IMG/VR virus record: IMGVR_UViG_3300045988_099449
Coordinates: 1 to 6,059 of that record
Origin: a virus
Strand: one strand, 5' to 3'
Length of the DNA: 6,059 nt
Shown: one piece after another, positions 1 to 4,471 of the stretch
How the letters are laid out: each line of letters starts with the position of its first letter
How positions within the stretch are numbered: position 1 is the stretch's first letter
Program-made: the position numbers and the translations under genes
Notes under the pieces: generated by a model
The model's database searches: none
What the model saw: the letters and a program-made list of their open reading frames with translations, nothing else
What the model was told of the DNA's origin: nothing

Positions 1-55
1 AAGAAGAGAACCAACAGGACAAGAAGCAGTATTACCATCACCAGCGTACGAAGAA
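1..55. repeat. Direct terminal redundancy. Window positions 1-55 are identical to about 6005-6059, which marks a circular genome assembled past its own start with a unit length near 6004-6005 bp.
   Basis: The 55-nt string aagaagagaaccaacaggacaagaagcagtattaccatcaccagcgtacgaagaa is found at both window ends. It lies inside the VP1 coding sequence and reads in the same frame at both copies. Confidence 0.9.
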
Positions 56-438
56 CGGGCTACATGTTGGAGGTCGCTTTCAGTAACATAAGGCAAAGAT
101 GAGGGCACAACTACATCGGTCGATATATCAGTAGCGGCCTTAGAAGATTTGCTTTGCTGAACAACAAAAGACGGAAAATCACGATACAACAAACGATAAG
201 GCACAAAGTAAAAGTTATAATATTGCTTCATTCGAGCAAAAGCAGCCGTATTAAGCGGAGCAGTACGCGAAAAAGTAGAAGCATTAACACGAAATTTGTC
301 TCCTGGCAAGCAGTCCTGGAGGAAACAAGGGAGGATTTCACCACATTTAGAGCTAAAAATGCGGCGTTGTGAGAGGTCAAAGGCGTTGCGAGAAACGTGA
401 TTTTTGACTTTAGGAACGAATAGGTTTTGTTTCGTCAT
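1..438 (-). CDS. VP1: Major capsid protein VP1, N-terminal 146 codons. The ATG is at 438-436 and the frame runs off the window start, continuing at the window end into the 4472..5968 ORF. Joined VP1 is about 656 aa.
   Basis: Hand translation of the '-' strand from 438 gives MTKQNLFVPKVKNHVSRNAFDLSQRRIFSSKCGEILPCFLQDCLPGDKFRVNASTFSRTAPLNTAAFARMKQYYNFYFVPYRLLYRDFPSF... with no stop down to position 1. RN-FDLS and LPGD are hallmark N-terminal motifs of Microviridae VP1. An in-frame TAA at 460-462 sits just upstream, so 438 is the first possible start. Reading the terminal repeat in this frame gives RSSYAGDGNTASCPVGSLL on both window edges, which confirms that the two pieces are in the same frame. 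The ORF is missing from the track because it has no stop inside the window. Confidence 0.75.
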   Translation of the reverse strand, partial: MTKQNLFVPKVKNHVSRNAFDLSQRRIFSSKCGEILPCFLQDCLPGDKFRVNASTFSRTAPLNTAAFARMKQYYNFYFVPYRLLYRDFPSFVVQQSKSSKAATDISTDVVVPSSLPYVTESDLQHVARSSYAGDGNTASCPVGSLL

Positions 439-466
439 AAATAATAAAATCTTTAGTTGTTATAAA

Positions 467-1912
467 TCATTCATAATCTTTGAGAGTATACTTTTCTTTG
501 ATTTTTTTGTATTTAGTGAGGTCATAAAGTCTACTTTCGCAATAACCTTTCCAAGCATAAAAAAAGCGTGTAGTACGATAATCAGAAATGCGAGGAAGAA
601 ACACACCACCATCTACAAACCAACTTTCAAGTTGTATGAAATCTTGCGGCTTTGCACCATCATCAAGTAACTTTTGTATGTCATTATGCTGGTTAAGTAA
701 CTTTTCTAACTCCATACGGCCATAAAATTGCCGAGTCTTAAAGAGATGAAAAGTGTGGCAGTTATGAGAATAAAGCCGAGCACTTTGAAGGAACTTTTTA
801 GAAACGAGGACATCATAATAGACGCTGGAATAAATTCTTTCGGGGTCTTGTATGTCCTTAAGTTTCTCGCCAAACGCCTTATAATATTTAGGATAAGGCG
901 CAAAGGAGCAAATATTATATTCATATATTTCATCACTTAGAATTCTTGCGATTTCTGACGAGCGTCTATTAACAAATCCAACCGCGAGATGATAACGGGC
1001 AAGGCAAAGAATATCATCGATGCGGCCAAAGTCGCGACATCTTGGGAAAACGGAAGCCTTAAGACAAGATGGAAAGTTAAAGGATTGGTCAGAGCCATCG
1101 CACGATAAAGAGAACGAGAGAGGGCAGCCACAGACAAACTTGTTGAAGATTGAACTCGCCTTTTTAATAGTCGAGCAGCCGAATTTTTGCGAGTGTCGCG
1201 CGCGGGATTTAACACCGCTTCGGCAATATAATGGTGAAATACATGCAGAGCCCGACATATACGAAGTAAGGTATCGGGAGTTATTTCCGCGGTAATACTT
1301 GGAAACCACAAAACCATACTGCCAACATTCAGCCGAATTTTCGTACAGAAAAGAGCGTGCCTCCTCGGATTTACAGAGAAATATAATGTGAAAGTGGGGA
1401 CGGAACGTTGTCTCCCCATACTCGGCACAATAAAAGTAACGAAAAGAGTATTTTTTTCCAAATTTTCTGCGAAACCGCTCACGCATACGGGCAATGTACT
1501 GTTGAATATCAAAGACTCTAATAAAGGGTATTTGTCCACAAGAGAAATAAGACGGGAAGCGTCGAACATAATTTTTTGAGATTTTACCGAGGAACTTACG
1601 CTCCTCGATGGTGTGAAATTGTTGTGTAAATAACTCACCCGAATCAAGGTCTACAAGATTGCAAATACAACCATCATACAACAAAGTGGCACGAGGAATA
1701 TCACGATTGCGATATGTCAAAGTAACAAACAAACTGCAAGGATTGTCCAACAATTCCAGCGTACCAAGTTGACTTAAAGCATCAGCAGCATGTACGCGGC
1801 AGTAAGCACACTGGCGGCAAGGTACGAAACGGGTTTGACCATCAGCACAAGTAACCTGAATAGGGTGCAAGCAACCAAAAGACACAAGATTTTTAGGGCG
1901 AGTTACAGACAT
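467..1912 (-). CDS. VP4: Replication initiation protein VP4, a rolling-circle HUH endonuclease of the Microviridae gpA family, 481 aa.
   Basis: All three gpA-family motifs are present in order. Motif I is LFVTLTY at about aa 60-67. Motif II (HUH) is RPHFHIIF at about aa 171-178, preceded by the EYGETTF block typical of gokushovirus-like VP4. Motif III is the two-tyrosine catalytic pair Y-LTS-Y at aa 214-218, comparable to the phiX174 gpA Y-VAK-Y. The stop at 467-469 verifies as TGA. A CxxCxxC cluster (VPCRQCAYC) near the N-terminus may bind zinc. The Cys-rich C-terminal ~230 aa have no motif I could recognise. Confidence 0.85.
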   Translation of the reverse strand: MSVTRPKNLVSFGCLHPIQVTCADGQTRFVPCRQCAYCRVHAADALSQLGTLELLDNPCSLFVTLTYRNRDIPRATLLYDGCICNLVDLDSGELFTQQFHTIEERKFLGKISKNYVRRFPSYFSCGQIPFIRVFDIQQYIARMRERFRRKFGKKYSFRYFYCAEYGETTFRPHFHIIFLCKSEEARSFLYENSAECWQYGFVVSKYYRGNNSRYLTSYMSGSACISPLYCRSGVKSRARHSQKFGCSTIKKASSIFNKFVCGCPLSFSLSCDGSDQSFNFPSCLKASVFPRCRDFGRIDDILCLARYHLAVGFVNRRSSEIARILSDEIYEYNICSFAPYPKYYKAFGEKLKDIQDPERIYSSVYYDVLVSKKFLQSARLYSHNCHTFHLFKTRQFYGRMELEKLLNQHNDIQKLLDDGAKPQDFIQLESWFVDGGVFLPRISDYRTTRFFYAWKGYCESRLYDLTKYKKIKEKYTLKDYE

Positions 1913-1966
1913 TTAAAGTAGTTCAATACGAGTTGAAAAGTAAAGTGATTTAGGAGAAAGCATAGG

Positions 1967-2209
1967 CTATGCGTTGTATATCATATCAAGTTGTTTATCA
2001 GCATGGTGTGAAAGAGCATCAATAGAAGCAAGGTTATCAGTATCCATGCGAGGAGAACTCTCAACAATCGAAGAAAGAAGTGCAGAAATAATCGAAAGGG
2101 ATTTAACAGCATTTTCAGAAAGTGTATTATCTTTGTCAGCTAAAAGACGATTTACAAACTTAAAGACAATGTTTAGGACAAAAAGAAAAACTTGTAATTG
2201 TAGTTTCAT
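1967..2209 (-). CDS. Hypothetical 80-aa protein with a hydrophobic N-terminal segment. It sits immediately upstream of VP4 and may be a membrane or lysis protein, or a small accessory protein.
   Basis: The ATG at 2209-2207 is preceded by an AT-rich leader and a TAnnTTTG motif. The N-terminus MKLQLQVFLFVLNIVFKFVNRLL is long enough for one transmembrane helix, and the rest is polar. It is on the same strand and in the same orientation as all other genes, 54 nt upstream of VP4. An antisense '+' ORF (1974..2258) covers the same DNA. The '-' strand is preferred because every other gene is on it. Confidence 0.4.
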   Translation of the reverse strand: MKLQLQVFLFVLNIVFKFVNRLLADKDNTLSENAVKSLSIISALLSSIVESSPRMDTDNLASIDALSHHADKQLDMIYNA

Positions 2210-2236
2210 ATCTTTGAATTTTTATGTTAGACAGCG

Positions 2237-2244
2237 CAAATATA
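2237..2244 (-). promoter_or_regulatory. Possible Bacteroidetes-type sigma-A -7 promoter element (TAnnTTTG) upstream of the 80-aa ORF and VP4.
   Basis: The coding strand reads TATATTTG 28-35 nt upstream of the ORF80 ATG. About 19 nt further upstream is AATTG, a weak match to the -33 TTTG. This is a motif match only. Confidence 0.25.
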
Positions 2245-2342
2245 AGAACACAATTTGAAATTGAAAAGAATGTATGTTGTGTTTAATATCGAAATTTAAT
2301 ATTATTAGTAAACTTAGCAGATTATAACAATTCACAAGTCTA

Positions 2343-2527
2343 TACGGACGCGCTAACGCGCTATTGCATGGCATACGCCTTTGCGAGGACCGGACGCCCT
2401 ACGGGCTAATACGCTAACGCGTGGGTGTCTGATTGGTCACCGGTTACAGAGACAAGACGCGAGGACGCTAACCGCTACGCGGATATGCCTCCGGCATTAA
2501 CGTTACACGGCAAAAAGTAGCGTGTGA
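2343..2527. promoter_or_regulatory. CpG-rich structured non-coding island of about 60% GC in a ~40% GC genome. It carries short direct repeats and hairpins. Candidate roles are replication origin, complementary-strand origin or another cis element. The function is unknown.
   Basis: No ORF is present on either strand. CGCTAACGCG occurs at 2351-2360 and 2412-2421, each able to form a CGC-TAAC-GCG mini-hairpin, with a degenerate third copy ACGCTAACCGCTACGCG at 2466-2482. GCGAGGAC occurs twice (2383-2390 and 2459-2466) and GGACGC three times. A 5-bp hairpin ATGCC-tcc-GGCAT lies at 2485-2497. AT-rich DNA flanks it on both sides within the 518-nt VP2-to-ORF80 intergenic region. Confidence 0.5.
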
Positions 2528-2727
2528 GTTTTGCATATTTGTATCAAGGGGTATGTTTGACGGCAGTCAAATCCGAAGCACGGACAAAACAAAATTAAAC
2601 AATATGGAATTAACACAAACAGACATCAATATATTAGCATGGGGTATAACAATATACTACATAATAATACCCATATCAATACTAATAGTATCAATATGGG
2701 CAATAATTAAACTAATTAACTATATTA

Positions 2728-3963
2728 CTAAAAGCCAAGACGAGAACCAAACTTAAGAGCAGACACAGCGGCTTTACCATATTTTTTGACAAGGTTTTCC
2801 ATTATCCACCAACTACGAGTCGCGCCACCTGCATTATACATTAAAGCATCAGCAGAAGGAAAAATATTAAAGTACTCACGTTTAGTTTTCTCTTTCTGAG
2901 CACGAACTAAAAGGCGCTGTTCATCTTTCAAATCAACATCAGCGAGAGAACCATAAATACGAGGAAACAACAAAGAGCGTTCCGTAGCAGTCTGAGCACG
3001 AGAAAGTCCAGCAGCAGCGTGCGAGGCATCGGCAGAGCCATAGGCAGCAGCAGTATTGGCGGCATAGTTGGCAAGTTGGGCCATTGTTAATTTTTCAAAC
3101 CACGTATTTTGCTTACGCATATTTTCGGCTTGTTCCTTGGTTAACTCACCTTGTGCAACTAATTGGTCAAGACGAGCCTTTTCTGACGCTTCAGCATATT
3201 TAGCAATAGCTTGTTTCTGTTGGTTATCATAGCCCATGCCTTCGGCTTGTAGTTGCATGATTTGCGTATTACTACGCATTTGGGCAAGTTCATTGGCTAC
3301 AATATCCGAAACGCCTTGCGCTTTAAGGGCATAATATTGCGAGTTATAGGCGAACTCATGTGTTTGCGACTGGTAAAGATTAGCATTAGCAGCAACACGC
3401 GAGGGCTCATTAACAAGGTCGTTTTGGTCTTTGATACCTTGTGCAAGAGCAGAGTCGGCAGTACCTTTAGAGCCACGTGCCTCATTCTCCGATTTTTCAA
3501 CAACCGAGGGAGTTAACTTACGTTCGCGGTCAACAGATATTACCTTTAAGGCATTATCCAAAGAAGATGAAAGGCCGCTTATAAAATTGCCAACGGGGTT
3601 AGAATATGCTTCAGCGTAAGCAGGCGCGGAAACATTATTAGGCGTGGCAGACTGCAAAGAAGATGCGGTACCCGAACCGATTTGACCAGAGGAAGCGGAA
3701 TTATACGGATTTATGCCAGCGGCTTCCATACGGGACATTTGAGCAGCAGGGGAATTATATTCATTTTCTCTATTCCATTGCTCAATGTTCCATTGGTTTT
3801 GCTTCTCGGCCATTTGTTCAGACCATTCTTGTTGCTTTTGCAACATAGCATTTTGATGACGTCTATTTTTAGTTGCTTGACGAGCACCGCCAATGGCATT
3901 ACCAATACCACTAAGCAAAGAAGCACCTGCACTAACAGGGTCGAAAGACATATTAAATTCCAT
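2728..3963 (-). CDS. VP2: Minor capsid / DNA pilot protein VP2, about 411 aa starting at MEFNMSFDPVSAG. The track ORF extends upstream to 4143, but that stretch overlaps the 141-aa ORF and the terminator hairpin and is probably not translated.
   Basis: The N-terminus is Gly-rich (GASLLSGIGNAIGGARQ). It is followed by a Gln/Glu/Trp-rich block, QQEWSEQMAEKQNQWNIEQWNRENEYNSPAAQMSRMEAAGINPY, which matches the conserved VP2 region of gokushovirus and Bacteroidetes-type microviruses (...QERMSNTA...AGLNP...). The middle section is long, low-complexity and Ala/Gln-rich with predicted coiled coil. Placement downstream of VP1 is typical. ATGs at 3963 and 3951 both follow the ORF141 stop and the terminator. 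Confidence 0.8.
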   Translation of the reverse strand: MEFNMSFDPVSAGASLLSGIGNAIGGARQATKNRRHQNAMLQKQQEWSEQMAEKQNQWNIEQWNRENEYNSPAAQMSRMEAAGINPYNSASSGQIGSGTASSLQSATPNNVSAPAYAEAYSNPVGNFISGLSSSLDNALKVISVDRERKLTPSVVEKSENEARGSKGTADSALAQGIKDQNDLVNEPSRVAANANLYQSQTHEFAYNSQYYALKAQGVSDIVANELAQMRSNTQIMQLQAEGMGYDNQQKQAIAKYAEASEKARLDQLVAQGELTKEQAENMRKQNTWFEKLTMAQLANYAANTAAAYGSADASHAAAGLSRAQTATERSLLFPRIYGSLADVDLKDEQRLLVRAQKEKTKREYFNIFPSADALMYNAGGATRSWWIMENLVKKYGKAAVSALKFGSRLGF

Positions 3964-3981
3964 AGTAGTAAAATTTAGATG

Positions 3982-4017
3982 AATAAAAAGGCATGCGCCA
4001 CTATAGCAGCGCACGCC
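3982..4017 (-). terminator. Putative rho-independent (intrinsic) terminator between the 141-aa ORF and VP2.
   Basis: On the coding strand the hairpin is GGCGTGCGC-tgctatagtg-GCGCATGCC, a 9-bp GC-rich stem with one mismatch and a 10-nt loop (plus strand 3990-4017). It is immediately followed by CTTTTTATT (plus 3982-3989). It sits 10 nt after the ORF141 stop and about 18 nt before the VP2 ATG. It is the only GC-hairpin plus T-run combination I found in an intergenic gap. Confidence 0.5.
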
Positions 4018-4027
4018 AATACACAAT

Positions 4028-4453
4028 TTAGTTCTTATCCAGCGGAGCAGGAGCAGGAGCGGAGGAAGATTTAAGGTTAGATATGAATTTATTCCAAAAG
4101 TCTTGTTGCTCTTTTTTGTTTTTGTACTTGGACTTAATGTCATCAGCTTTTTCTGTCAGCCAATTAGCAAAATCGTTGACATCGCTTGCCTGTTGCACGT
4201 AGCGATTAGAACATATTTCAAAAAGTTCATCATCTGATAATTGAATATCGTCAGAGGTAGACGGGTTTGTAATAGGTTCAAGGAACTTGGACAACTCGCT
4301 GGGGTCAAGAGCTTGCAACTTTTTCTCAGAAATTACAAAGTCTATATCGCGCACACGCATAGTAACCTCGGGTTCGTCAGATGATAGAGGAGCAAGTTTA
4401 TACGTCTGAATACTGGTAAAGATATTATCTTGTATGTCGTTTTTGTAGTCCAT
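4028..4453 (-). CDS. Hypothetical highly acidic 141-aa protein, possibly an internal scaffolding protein (VP3-like). It sits between VP1 and VP2.
   Basis: A clean ORF begins with ATG 18 nt after the VP1 stop. The protein is rich in D/E (SDDIQLSDDELFEI, DPSELSKFLEP) and ends in APAPAP. Its size and acidity fit microvirus scaffolding proteins such as phiX B/D or gokushovirus VP3. I recognise no diagnostic motif, so the function is inferred from composition and context alone. Confidence 0.55.
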   Translation of the reverse strand: MDYKNDIQDNIFTSIQTYKLAPLSSDEPEVTMRVRDIDFVISEKKLQALDPSELSKFLEPITNPSTSDDIQLSDDELFEICSNRYVQQASDVNDFANWLTEKADDIKSKYKNKKEQQDFWNKFISNLKSSSAPAPAPLDKN

Positions 4454-4471
4454 AACTTTATATATTATAAG

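Noticed and set aside
1-62. Apparent frameshift or stop splitting VP1 at the window junction.
   Set aside because: A first pass suggested a TAG or TGA near positions 39-62 separating the N- and C-terminal VP1 pieces. Re-deriving the reverse complement showed this was a one-base bookkeeping slip. The frame from 438 reads RSSYAGDGNTASCPVGSLL through the repeat with no stop, identically at both window ends.
154-670. Plus-strand ORFs 154..372 and 404..670, both with TTG starts.
   Set aside because: They are antisense shadows of the VP1 N-terminal coding region and the VP4 C-terminus. Their lysine and arginine-rich low-complexity products come from the A-rich complement of a T-rich coding strand, and they contain no motifs.
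706-1579. ORFs 706..936(-), 728..940(+), 1020..1295(+) and 1388..1579(+) inside the VP4 region.
   Set aside because: They lie in an alternate frame or antisense within a gene that has strong Rep motifs, and are short with no features. Only the much longer 937..1647 same-strand ORF was kept, as a finding.
1974-2258. Plus-strand 94-aa ORF overlapping the 80-aa '-' ORF.
   Set aside because: It is on the opposite strand to every confident gene and its product is arginine and lysine-rich with no hydrophobic core. The '-' strand ORF has the better leader and the TAnnTTTG motif. Both could be spurious.
2343-2527. Possibility that the GC-rich island is a tRNA or tmRNA gene.
   Set aside because: No GTTCGANTC-like T-loop and no cloverleaf with correct arm spacing on either strand. 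The repeats look like iterons or hairpins, not a tRNA.
3253-3978. Several 60-98-aa ORFs on both strands inside VP2 (3253..3516, 3297..3503, 3431..3619, 3663..3848, 3682..3978, 3711..3932).
   Set aside because: They are embedded in a gene with clear VP2 signature blocks. Their lengths are typical of chance frames, and their low-complexity leucine-rich products are consistent with frame shadows.
4040-4060. GCAGGAGC tandem repeat (agcaggagcaggagcggagg).
   Set aside because: It is simply the coding sequence for the APAPAP tail of the 141-aa protein on the '-' strand, not an independent repeat element.
3964-4143. N-terminal 60-aa extension of the track's 471-aa VP2 ORF, starting MTLSPSTKTKK...
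   Set aside because: It overlaps the 3' end of the 141-aa ORF in another frame and runs straight through the terminator hairpin. Its sequence (LPPLLLLLRWIRTKLCIGVRCYSGAC) looks like a frame shadow. An ATG at 3963 follows the upstream gene's stop and begins the conserved Gly-rich VP2 N-terminus.
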